This document shows positions 56,203 through 64,000 of a DNA stretch of 64,000 bases, one piece after another (positions within the stretch are counted from its first letter, which is position 1; every line of letters begins with the position of its first letter). The stretch lies in the IMG/VR virus record IMGVR_UViG_3300035232_000745, one strand, 5' to 3'. This DNA is from a virus. Both the position numbers and the translations under genes were made by a program. The notes under the pieces were generated by a model. It did not search any database and was not told where the DNA came from. It was given only the letters and a program-made list of their open reading frames with translations.

Positions 56203-57159
56203 ATGGCACACGAACTTGAAATGATTAATGGCCAAGCTCAAATGGCATATCGCGAAAGCAATGGTCTACCTTGGCATGGACTTGGTACTCCAGTCTCAGA
56301 CGACATGACTCCACAACAAATGATGGAAGTCGCAGGTCTTAACTGGGAAGTTGAAAAAGTTGATACATTTATGCGCTGGAAAGGCGATAATGTTGCAACC
56401 GGTAATCAAGCGCTAGTTCGCTCAACTGACGGAAAAATCCTTACTCAAGTAGGTAAAGGTTGGAACCCAGTTCAAAACAGCGAAGCTTTTGATTTCTTCA
56501 CAGATTTTGTTGCAGCAGGCGACATGATGATGGATACTGCTGGTTCTTTAAAAGACGGTCGTATTGTTTGGGCAATGGCTGACGTAAAAGACGGTTTTTC
56601 ACTCTTCGGTGGAGATGAAGTAAAAGGTTATTTACTTTTCTCAAACCCGCACGAGTACGGTAAAGCAATCGACATTAAATTCGTAATGGAACGTGTCGTA
56701 TGCAATAACACACTGGCAGTTGCTCTTAATGAGAAAAACCAGCCTTCAGTTCGTGTTAATCACCGTTCAGTATTTGATGCTGCTAAAGTGAAAGACATTC
56801 TTGGACTTTCTCATAACAAAGTTGAACAATTCAAAGAAGCTGCAGAGTTTCTCGGTTCAAAGCGTTATACAGATGAAAAACTTACTGAGTTCTTCGGTGT
56901 TGTTTTTGGCAAATCAAACAAAGAGAAAGAAGATCTTGCACGTTCTGCTAAGAAAGCAATGTCTCTTGTGGAAACACAGCCAGGTGCAGAATTCGCACCA
57001 GGAACTTGGTGGAATGCTTACAACGCAGTTACTTACATGACAGATCACGAATTAGGTCGTAATGTAGATAATCGCATGACTTCTGCATGGTTCGGTCAAA
57101 ACGCAACCAAGAAAATTACTTCTCTTGATCTTGCATTGGAAATGGCTGATGCAGCTTAA
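56203..57159 (+). CDS. DUF932-family protein
   Basis: MAHELE, PWHGLG, VQN.EAF.F, TAGSL..GR.VW, RVVCNNTL, T.W.AYNAVT. Confidence 0.88.
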   Translation: MAHELEMINGQAQMAYRESNGLPWHGLGTPVSDDMTPQQMMEVAGLNWEVEKVDTFMRWKGDNVATGNQALVRSTDGKILTQVGKGWNPVQNSEAFDFFTDFVAAGDMMMDTAGSLKDGRIVWAMADVKDGFSLFGGDEVKGYLLFSNPHEYGKAIDIKFVMERVVCNNTLAVALNEKNQPSVRVNHRSVFDAAKVKDILGLSHNKVEQFKEAAEFLGSKRYTDEKLTEFFGVVFGKSNKEKEDLARSAKKAMSLVETQPGAEFAPGTWWNAYNAVTYMTDHELGRNVDNRMTSAWFGQNATKKITSLDLALEMADAA

Positions 57160-57179
57160 AACAATTGATATGTTATTTT

Positions 57180-57215
57180 GGGGAGTAGCTTTAGGGCTAC
57201 TTCTCATTTATTTTG
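57180..57215 (+). terminator. Probable intrinsic terminator
   Basis: ggggagtagct / ggctacttctc stem with T-rich tail. Confidence 0.6.
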
Positions 57216-57245
57216 ATCCGCTAATGATTATTTGGGAATTTTAAA

Positions 57246-57602
57246 ATGCGTTATACACTAATCTTTATCTTTACACATCTTGTAAGTATAGGATGTTTTC
57301 AATATACTTCCGACATTATTTATATGGTACCTTCAGCTTTAGCTATCATGTATTCTATTTTTCAATTCGTAAAAGTATGCACGTTGGTGTTTAGTCCAAA
57401 TTGGGACGTAGAACTTGGTTATGCGGATCATATTCCTTATCAATGGAAATTTCTTCACAACGCCATAGTTGCATTAAGTACATATATACTGTGGAATGAA
57501 GGTTACAGTTTCTTTGCAGGTATGACATCTTTATACATTTTAGCTGTAGTTTCTTCATTAATTATTACAGTATTAGATTTAAATATGTCAGGAGAAGATT
57601 GA
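57246..57602 (+). CDS. Multi-pass membrane protein
   Basis: About four hydrophobic segments. Confidence 0.6.
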   Translation: MRYTLIFIFTHLVSIGCFQYTSDIIYMVPSALAIMYSIFQFVKVCTLVFSPNWDVELGYADHIPYQWKFLHNAIVALSTYILWNEGYSFFAGMTSLYILAVVSSLIITVLDLNMSGED

Positions 57603-58030
57603 TGAAGATTTTAATATTTGGCTTGCCGGGTTCTGGTAAAACTTGGCTTGCCGAACGACTACAAAAAAGATTAGAATGCGCTTGGTTCAACGCAGATGAA
57701 GTACGGCGTATGGCTAACGACTGGGAATTTTCTGAAGCAGCCAGATACCGCCAAGCACATCGAATGGCGTCTATTGCTAACCATGAAAAGTATCACGATC
57801 GTACAGTTATATGCGATTTTGTTTGTCCGACTGAAGTTACGAGGGCAATCTATGATGCTGACTATACGGTTTGGATGGATACTATCGATGAAGGTCGTTT
57901 TGAAGATACTAATAAGATGTTTGAAACACCTGAAAAAGTAGACTACCATGTAGAGAAATGGTTTGATAATACGGACGAAGCCTTAGCAGATGCTATTGCA
58001 AGACATATAAGGATTAACAAAGATGTTTGA
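57599..58030 (+). CDS. cysC: Adenylylsulfate-kinase-like P-loop kinase
   Basis: FGLPGSGKT, NADEVR, DWEFS..R..Q, DFVCP, FE.P. Confidence 0.7.
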   Translation: MMKILIFGLPGSGKTWLAERLQKRLECAWFNADEVRRMANDWEFSEAARYRQAHRMASIANHEKYHDRTVICDFVCPTEVTRAIYDADYTVWMDTIDEGRFEDTNKMFETPEKVDYHVEKWFDNTDEALADAIARHIRINKDV

Positions 58031-58430
58031 TTATAAGAAACCAAGTGTACAAATGCTTGGCCGTTGGCAACCGTGGCATGATGGACATACAGAGCTATTT
58101 AAACGAGCACATGCTTTCACAGGGCAAGTTGTTATCATGGTACGTGATGTGTATCAATTTGATGGTGACGCCGGTGATGGTCGTACTGCTGTGCAAGATG
58201 ATAACCCTTTTGGTATTATTGACGTTATTGATAATATTGAAGTAGGATTAGCTCCGCATGGGTTTCATAACGGACATCAATATCTAATTCTTGAAGTACC
58301 AAACATTGTGGATATTAGTTATGGACGTGGTGTTGGATATACATTCACTGAACATGATTTAGGTGAAGATATTCATGATATTTCTGCAACTAAAATCCGC
58401 AAACAAATGCGAGAAGATGGTAAATTATAG
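58023..58430 (+). CDS. HxGH nucleotidyltransferase (cytidylyltransferase-like)
   Basis: GRWQPWHDGH, YGRGVGY, ISATKIR. Confidence 0.75.
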   Translation: MFDYKKPSVQMLGRWQPWHDGHTELFKRAHAFTGQVVIMVRDVYQFDGDAGDGRTAVQDDNPFGIIDVIDNIEVGLAPHGFHNGHQYLILEVPNIVDISYGRGVGYTFTEHDLGEDIHDISATKIRKQMREDGKL

Positions 58431-58459
58431 TTTACATTCTGTATGAATCACTTTATAAA
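58430..58459 (+). promoter_or_regulatory. Early promoter GTTTACA-N17-TATAAA with GAATC in the spacer
   Basis: Repeated promoter family. Confidence 0.65.
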
Positions 58460-58485
58460 GATTATAGAAGCAACTAGGAAAAACT

Positions 58486-58680
58486 ATGCATACTAATAAA
58501 GATTACTATTTTGAAACTGAAGCAGATGCACAATCTTTTGCAGATGAATCAAAAGTACCTTACGATCCATCTGCAGATGTTTATGTAAGAGGACCTTTTT
58601 TCAATGATGGCATTAATTCTGTTACTGGTGAACAGTGGCAAGAAGCGCATTGGAAAGTTAGTGTAGAGGTTTACAAATGA
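58486..58680 (+). CDS. Early hypothetical protein
   Basis: After a promoter. Confidence 0.55.
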   Translation: MHTNKDYYFETEADAQSFADESKVPYDPSADVYVRGPFFNDGINSVTGEQWQEAHWKVSVEVYK

Positions 58681-58696
58681 TAGTTAAACATACAAA

Positions 58697-59017
58697 ATGT
58701 CATTAGAACAATTTTTCCAAGAGGAAGAGAAACCTAAATGGGGAGGTTCTGTCGAAAGGCAGACTCATCTTCGCATCAAACTATGTATAGCAGCATATGC
58801 TTATGAGATAGAAAACTCTGAGATAATGTTGGATGCAGAATTTGATAAAAAATGTTTGGATGTTGATACATCTATTAATACTGGTCATGAGATAATGGAT
58901 AGGTTCTTTCGAGAACAATTTGATCCCTCAACAGGACAATGGATATATCGACATCCAGAACTAGATAAGGTCAAACAGACCTACAATAAATACTACAAAT
59001 TGAAAAGGAATATATAA
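58697..59017 (+). CDS. Stand-alone NAD-ligase domain-Ia-like protein
   Basis: AAYAYE...IMLDAEFDK resembles LigA Y-Y...P.ISD.EYD. Confidence 0.55.
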   Translation: MSLEQFFQEEEKPKWGGSVERQTHLRIKLCIAAYAYEIENSEIMLDAEFDKKCLDVDTSINTGHEIMDRFFREQFDPSTGQWIYRHPELDKVKQTYNKYYKLKRNI

Positions 59018-59259
59018 TGAATGATACAGCAAGTGTAACTGCAGATCAGCTTCGAGCTTTTATCGAAAGAGTAGAAACTTTAGAAACTGAAAAGCAAGAA
59101 GTTACTGATCAAATCAAAGAAGTGCTTTCTGAAGCTAAAGGCAGTGGATACGAATCTAAGATTATCAGAAAAATCGTTGCAATTCGTAAACGAAACCGTG
59201 ACGATGTTGAAAACGAAAACGCAATGACTGAATTGTATATGAACGCGTTGGGTATGTGA
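59017..59259 (+). CDS. gapR: GapR (DUF2312) nucleoid-associated protein
   Basis: QLRAFIERVE.LE.EK..V...IKEV..EAK..G...KIIRKIVAIRK...LY..ALGM. Confidence 0.92.
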   Translation: MNDTASVTADQLRAFIERVETLETEKQEVTDQIKEVLSEAKGSGYESKIIRKIVAIRKRNRDDVENENAMTELYMNALGM

Positions 59260-59260
59260 T

Positions 59261-59440
59261 ATGACAGATGGCCCATTTCAAGCTGCCTTTGACAGTGATG
59301 TTGAAGGTGTTATACGCAGAGAAATCGTAACATATCGTTTAAAAAACGGTTCTATGGTTAAAGAAGTAGCGACACGAGATTACTATAATTCTGGTGATTA
59401 TCATGATACAGTATCAACTCAACCGTTAGTTTCTAGATAA
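59261..59440 (+). CDS. 59-aa hypothetical protein (not in ORF track)
   Basis: MTDGPF...REIVTYR...DYHD. Confidence 0.55.
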   Translation: MTDGPFQAAFDSDVEGVIRREIVTYRLKNGSMVKEVATRDYYNSGDYHDTVSTQPLVSR

Positions 59441-59442
59441 AA

Positions 59443-60207
59443 ATGCCGTTACCTAAAACCTTTTACGAATATCAAATACCTTATGAACATCAGTATCACC
59501 AGGAATCTAATGAACCGGGTTTTACAAGTCCTGAAGATGGTCATAAACATGCGATGTTCGTAAAAGGAAACGACCATTTGATTGATGGTAGAACATATTG
59601 TTTTCAAGATGAAGACGGCAACTATGTTAGTACATTTGTAAGTCAATACTCAAGTATTATAGAGGATAATTTAGAACCAGGTGTAAAAGAAGCTGTACTC
59701 GCTTTACACAAAAAAGGATATTTGACCTTTACAAGTTGTCAGGGTCATGATGATTCTAAGCATCGTTATATTGGAGTTTTGTTTAATACTAAACAGCAAA
59801 AAGCTGATTTTATAAAAGAAATGAATAGCTTTCATTGTGACATATACTGGTATGATAATGTTATTAACACAGTAGAAAGACCGTGTCATGAAATTCCGTG
59901 GTGGTGTAATGGCGGTATTACTTTGCACATAATTTGGGATAACAGCCAAACATGGCATGAAGCACCGCAACAACGAAGAAGAAATAAGCCTTATACAGAT
60001 CAGGATTTAACAAATTTTTGGAATATTCAAACTTGTAGAAATTATCAACATTATGAAGCTATAGTATTTTCGTTTGGATATCCTATGGTAGACAAAAGTA
60101 TTTGGCACAGAGTTTATAAGTATCTTTTTTATAAACAAACTAAAGTTGAAATCGCTTATAAAGACTTTTGCAATAAAGTTAACAAACTTACTGACTACCT
60201 CGCATAA
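59443..60207 (+). CDS. Hypothetical protein with SCQGH motif
   Basis: LEPGVKEAVLAL..KGY.T.TSCQGH. Confidence 0.55.
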   Translation: MPLPKTFYEYQIPYEHQYHQESNEPGFTSPEDGHKHAMFVKGNDHLIDGRTYCFQDEDGNYVSTFVSQYSSIIEDNLEPGVKEAVLALHKKGYLTFTSCQGHDDSKHRYIGVLFNTKQQKADFIKEMNSFHCDIYWYDNVINTVERPCHEIPWWCNGGITLHIIWDNSQTWHEAPQQRRRNKPYTDQDLTNFWNIQTCRNYQHYEAIVFSFGYPMVDKSIWHRVYKYLFYKQTKVEIAYKDFCNKVNKLTDYLA

Positions 60208-60232
60208 AAAAAGGGAAGCCCGAAAGCTTCCC
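60206..60232 (-). terminator. Intrinsic terminator of gene 23 with UUCG loop
   Basis: On the - strand: GGGAAGCT-TTCG-GGCTTCCC-TTTTTTT. Confidence 0.88.
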
Positions 60233-60261
60233 TAGTAGTATCGTTATCCGATATCTTGTTT

Positions 60262-61572
60262 TTAGAACAAGTTGCTTACTGCAACACGTCTGTAGTACAC
60301 GTTTGCGTTCGCAGTAAGTGCACCGTTGCCTTGAGATCCGCCAGCAGCGAATGGGTTTGAAACCATGCCGTAACGAGTCTTAAAGCCGATTTTTGGTTGG
60401 AAAGAATTCTCACCAACTGCACGAACCATTTGTAACGGCACATATGGGCAATAGAACAATCCAGCATCGAAAGATGAAGAACCTTTATATCCTACGACCA
60501 TGTAGTTTGCACCTGCATATGGATCGATATACACTTTGTAACGACCGTTTAATACACCAGCGAATGTGTTGCCTGTGTCGTCTACGTTCAAAGAGTTAGA
60601 GTTAAGAGCTGGAGTGTAATCTAGTACACCTGCCATTTGAAGTGCAGAAGCAACATCAGATGAACAGATAACCATGTTACCTTTACCACGTCTTGTACCC
60701 TTAGCAATAGCGTTAGCTTCTTGCTCGATTTGGAACATAAGACCTTTGAACTTCTCTACTGACCAACGACCGTTAGCATCGACATCTAAGTCGAAAGTAC
60801 CGGCAGAAGCAGTTGCAGTTGCACCAGCAACAGCGTTTGAGTAGATTGTACGAACTAATTCACGGTTGATTTCAACTAAGATTTCAGACTGTAAGATGTT
60901 CGCTAGTTCTGTTTCAGCATCTAGACCGTGAACGGCTTTAAGATCCTGAGCAAGCTCTGTTGTGTATTCCGCTTTTAACGCACGAGACTTAGCAGCAACA
61001 GTAACTTTTTCAATTGAGAAAGCCATTTCTGCGAAGTTAGTACCGTTACCGTCGCCTAATGCTTCAGCTTCAGTTGTACCCATACCAGTACCAGTTGTTT
61101 CTGATCCTGCACCCAATGCGTTAGCATGTGTACCAGCACCTGAGAAGTCTGTATCGGCTTCGTTATAGAATACTTCGTTAGCCGCAGCTTGCGTAGTATG
61201 TGTTGAACGCATTGCGAAGATCAAGCCTGTTGGGCCTGTCATTGGCTGAACGCCAGCAATATCGTATGCGATCAAGTTTGGCATTGCACGACGTACTAAG
61301 CTGATCAATACTGGGTCATAACCAGCTGTTGGTCCGCCTGCAGCAGAAGCTGAGCCGAAGCCGCCTGTACTTGCATCGTTTGCGTGTGTTTCGTTTAGAA
61401 GAGAACTCATAGAAGCAGACGTATCGCCAGACTCCATAAGTGCTTTTTCTGTATTTTCAAGAATTGTAGCAGTTACGCTTTTCTTGTGTTGTGAATCGAT
61501 TGGCGTGAAAGAAGAGTGCTCAAGAATTGGGCCCCATTTTTCCACGAGCATCTGATAGTTTGACTGAGTCAT
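60262..61572 (-). CDS. 23: Major capsid protein gp23
   Basis: LVRRAMPNLIAYDIAGVQPMTGPTGLIFAMR, KSRALKAEYT.ELAQDLKAVHGLDAE, FQPKIGFKTRYG. Confidence 0.98.
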   Translation of the reverse strand: MTQSNYQMLVEKWGPILEHSSFTPIDSQHKKSVTATILENTEKALMESGDTSASMSSLLNETHANDASTGGFGSASAAGGPTAGYDPVLISLVRRAMPNLIAYDIAGVQPMTGPTGLIFAMRSTHTTQAAANEVFYNEADTDFSGAGTHANALGAGSETTGTGMGTTEAEALGDGNGTNFAEMAFSIEKVTVAAKSRALKAEYTTELAQDLKAVHGLDAETELANILQSEILVEINRELVRTIYSNAVAGATATASAGTFDLDVDANGRWSVEKFKGLMFQIEQEANAIAKGTRRGKGNMVICSSDVASALQMAGVLDYTPALNSNSLNVDDTGNTFAGVLNGRYKVYIDPYAGANYMVVGYKGSSSFDAGLFYCPYVPLQMVRAVGENSFQPKIGFKTRYGMVSNPFAAGGSQGNGALTANANVYYRRVAVSNLF

Positions 61573-61606
61573 GTGATTCTATCTCCTTGTGAGTTTATTC
61601 TAGATG

Positions 61607-61614
61607 TATTTATA
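61607..61614 (-). promoter_or_regulatory. T4-type late promoter for gene 23
   Basis: TATTTATA on +. Confidence 0.8.
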
Positions 61615-61641
61615 AAAGTTAAGTATTTCATCTGGTTGCGA

Positions 61642-62598
61642 TTATGATTGCTTCGTGTTAAAAGCCGATAAAAGAGCATTAATAGAAGAGTGCTCAGAAA
61701 GCGGTATTTTTGCTTCTGTATCTTCAGTAATGATTTCTTCTTCCTCAGTTACTTCTTCCACTACATGAGTAGCTTTCTTAAAGAAAGACTCTTTTAGTGT
61801 TGCAAGATCTGATTTATATGTGTCGACATCAGCAAAGTTTAATTTTTCTGAAAGTACTTTAAATCTTTCTTGTTCTACAAGTGTAAGACCTTCTGACATT
61901 TCAACAAAAACTTCATGAGCATCAGCTTCAGCTAATACAGCTTTTAATTCTGCATTTTCTGTAATCGCTTTATTAGCGAATTCTTTTGCTTCTGCTGCTT
62001 CTTCTTCAAGCGCTTTTACGATGTCTAGAGTTTCCTCATTAACGTCGATGTTGTGCTCTTCGAACAAACCTTTAAGCCCTGACATTAAGGACTCAGCTAC
62101 TTCAACCTTAATACCGGCTTCAATAGCTACTGCGTTCTCTGTCATCCACTCTTCTACAACGTAGTCGAGATACGAGTCAAGATTTTCAACAATATTATTT
62201 ACTGATTCTTCTGCAGCTGTGTGCATTTCTTCAGCAATTCTTTCTACTTCTTCTGCGATAGTTTTGTTCGCTTTAGCAGTAGCGGCTTCGTTAACTGCAG
62301 CTTCGAATACCAAAGTTACTTTGCTTGTAAATTCTTCTGACAAATCCATGCCTTCGAACATAGTCGCAATAGACTCTTCGATATCGATAACTTCTTCAAC
62401 AATCTCTTCTGACTCTGCGTCAACAGCGTCTTCTTTCATGCCTGGTGTTGGTGTACTGATTTTATCAGCAGTTGGATCAACTGCTTTTTTAACGTCAGCT
62501 TTCTTTTTCTTAATTGTTCCGCCAGCCGGTGTCGCAGGTTCTTCTACTGAAGAAATTCCGTCATCAGCTACGAACTTTTCGTCTAGTTCATTTGACAT
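61642..62598 (-). CDS. 22: Prohead core scaffold gp22
   Basis: LSEEF..K...VFEAAV, DSYLDYVVEEWM.EN.VAIE.GIK; synteny. Confidence 0.93.
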   Translation of the reverse strand: MSNELDEKFVADDGISSVEEPATPAGGTIKKKKADVKKAVDPTADKISTPTPGMKEDAVDAESEEIVEEVIDIEESIATMFEGMDLSEEFTSKVTLVFEAAVNEAATAKANKTIAEEVERIAEEMHTAAEESVNNIVENLDSYLDYVVEEWMTENAVAIEAGIKVEVAESLMSGLKGLFEEHNIDVNEETLDIVKALEEEAAEAKEFANKAITENAELKAVLAEADAHEVFVEMSEGLTLVEQERFKVLSEKLNFADVDTYKSDLATLKESFFKKATHVVEEVTEEEEIITEDTEAKIPLSEHSSINALLSAFNTKQS

Positions 62599-62640
62599 AT
62601 GTTCTACTCCTTTATTGGATCTCTTTTATTATATGAGTAT

Positions 62641-62648
62641 TATTTATA
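62641..62648 (-). promoter_or_regulatory. T4-type late promoter for gene 22
   Basis: TATTTATA on +. Confidence 0.75.
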
Positions 62649-62671
62649 ATAACTTTAGTTTACAGGTTGTT

Positions 62672-63361
62672 TTATTTTTTTAGTCCATTAACGAACCGTT
62701 GGAACAATTCAGAAGCTACGCTCTCGTCAATTTTGTGAACGACTCTTCTAATTTGTTTTTCTACAACATCCTGAATTTCTTCTATAACTTGCTCAACTGG
62801 CTCTTGTGCTACCCAGTTTCCTGAAGCTATATCATAGTAATACTCAGCATTTTCCATGATACCATTTACGAAACAGTTAGGTCCAGAAGGATCCGTTACG
62901 ATATCAACCGTTGCAAGATGAAAATCTTTTTGGACTTCCATAATTCCTTGTGCCGTTGGTTTAACAGAACCAAGGCCTCTTGTAGATACACCGATTTTTA
63001 CATCTTCATCCATGAATGTTTTAACGATCTCACCCATTGGTGTACTAAGAATTTTAGCTTTACCAGTAAAGTTTGATCCTTCTCTTTTCATTTCAGTAAT
63101 CAAATGCGAAACGCGATCGCCATTGATTGTAGGACCGTCTGGATGTCCTAGTTCACCAAGAGCTCTTTTAGTTTCGATAAAATCTTTCTGATAACGGCCC
63201 ATTTCTTTTTCTAGAATTTCAGCAGGGTATATACGACCATTACGGTTTTTAAGATCGCCTTGCATGAAAATACCTTCGATGAAATGGGTTTTCTTACCAG
63301 TTTCTTCGTTAATTTCTGTGGATACCGCTGTATCTTCTGTTACTTCAGTAATTAAAATCAT
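62672..63361 (-). CDS. 21: Prohead protease gp21
   Basis: IEGIFMQ...NRNGRIYP, ALGELGHP, GVSTRGLGS, DIVTDPS. Confidence 0.96.
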   Translation of the reverse strand: MILITEVTEDTAVSTEINEETGKKTHFIEGIFMQGDLKNRNGRIYPAEILEKEMGRYQKDFIETKRALGELGHPDGPTINGDRVSHLITEMKREGSNFTGKAKILSTPMGEIVKTFMDEDVKIGVSTRGLGSVKPTAQGIMEVQKDFHLATVDIVTDPSGPNCFVNGIMENAEYYYDIASGNWVAQEPVEQVIEEIQDVVEKQIRRVVHKIDESVASELFQRFVNGLKK

Positions 63362-63382
63362 GATAGGTTTCCTTTAATCGTA

Positions 63383-63700
63383 TTAAATTCTTGCGTCATA
63401 GTATGTTTTGCTTAATTCACTCCAAGGTCCATTTGTATTAGAGTCTGGATAAATTTGTCCAGTTGGTTGAACCTTTTTACATTTTACATATGTTTCTTGC
63501 AGAGTACCACCTGTTGGTGTAAATGATCTAATCCCTGCAGTTACTGTACCGTTTGCTTCACGATAGTATTGGTCATCTGGGTGGACTTTTGCCCCTGCTG
63601 CTAATGTTCCCAACGTAGGAGCATTATCGTATTGCCAAATTGCAGTTGGTGTTCCACTAACTAAAACTGTTGGTGATCCTGGTACGTCAACCCATGCCAT
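63383..63700 (-). CDS. Hypothetical protein in the head cluster
   Basis: AGGAG upstream of MAWVDVPG. Confidence 0.55.
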   Translation of the reverse strand: MAWVDVPGSPTVLVSGTPTAIWQYDNAPTLGTLAAGAKVHPDDQYYREANGTVTAGIRSFTPTGGTLQETYVKCKKVQPTGQIYPDSNTNGPWSELSKTYYDARI

Positions 63701-63701
63701 T

Positions 63702-64000
63702 TTACTCAGAGTCTCCTTTGAGTTTATAAGCAAACATATTTAAAACACTTTCTTTCATTTTTGTTTTTCCGCCAAGCGCCGCTTTAACCATAGCGTTTAC
63801 TTCCGCTTTGTCTTCAGCTCTAATAACATCTTGACCGTGGTCATCTGTTCTTTTATTTTTTGTTGTTTTCATAACAGTACGAGTTCTACCATCTGGGCCA
63901 GTTACGGTTACTGGCTTCTTAACAGCAGACATAGTTGTCTCGTTGACTTCTTCTTTAACATCTTTAGATTCGCCATGATGAGGCAAATGGTGTGCATGCG
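63702..64000 (-). CDS. C-terminal part of a head-cluster protein (truncated by window end)
   Basis: Open frame continues beyond the window; xxE motifs. Confidence 0.45.
   Translation of the reverse strand, partial: HAHHLPHHGESKDVKEEVNETTMSAVKKPVTVTGPDGRTRTVMKTTKNKRTDDHGQDVIRAEDKAEVNAMVKAALGGKTKMKESVLNMFAYKLKGDSE

Noticed and set aside
1833-62683. Many antisense or alternate-frame ORFs in the track (e.g. 1833-2171, 10566-11057, 19256-19651, 43462-43800, 62219-62683)
   Set aside because: They are shadows of well-supported genes, with no RBS, promoter or recognisable motifs.
1-64000. tRNA/rRNA genes and stop-codon reassignment
   Set aside because: No cloverleaf with a T-loop was seen in intergenic gaps by eye (tRNAscan not run). 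TAA, TAG and TGA all end conserved genes at expected lengths.

Overview
This is a 64-kb segment of an AT-rich T4-like myovirus genome. Its host is most likely a marine alphaproteobacterium, probably Rhodobacteraceae-like, judged from the Rhodobacter-type atpE, pseudoazurin, Shemin-pathway hemA, GapR, DUF1127 and porin genes. The + strand carries T4 core replication and recombination genes (33, 59, 32, uvsX, 41, 61, rnh) and nucleotide metabolism genes (thyX, ATP-cone-nrdB/nrdA, dNMP kinase, glutaredoxin). It also carries a lysis cluster, several glycosylation/sulfation/carbamoylation gene clusters, phoH, a PAAR gene, a three-gene tail-fibre/adhesin cassette and many small early genes. The head genes 23, 22 and 21 lie on the - strand at the right end. 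The most notable observations are: (1) a leader element that fits the class-I preQ1 riboswitch pseudoknot, with a competing helix, in front of a holin-like gene; (2) GTTTACA early promoters with GANTC (CcrM/GcrA-type) sites at two fixed positions; (3) a DUF1127-atpE-pseudoazurin operon whose ATP synthase c subunit lacks the F1-coupling R-N/Q-P loop; (4) a tandem array of seven genes with T4 capsid-targeting-like N-termini, including a His-rich ADP-ribosyltransferase-like protein. All calls come from manual motif recognition; no database searches were run.
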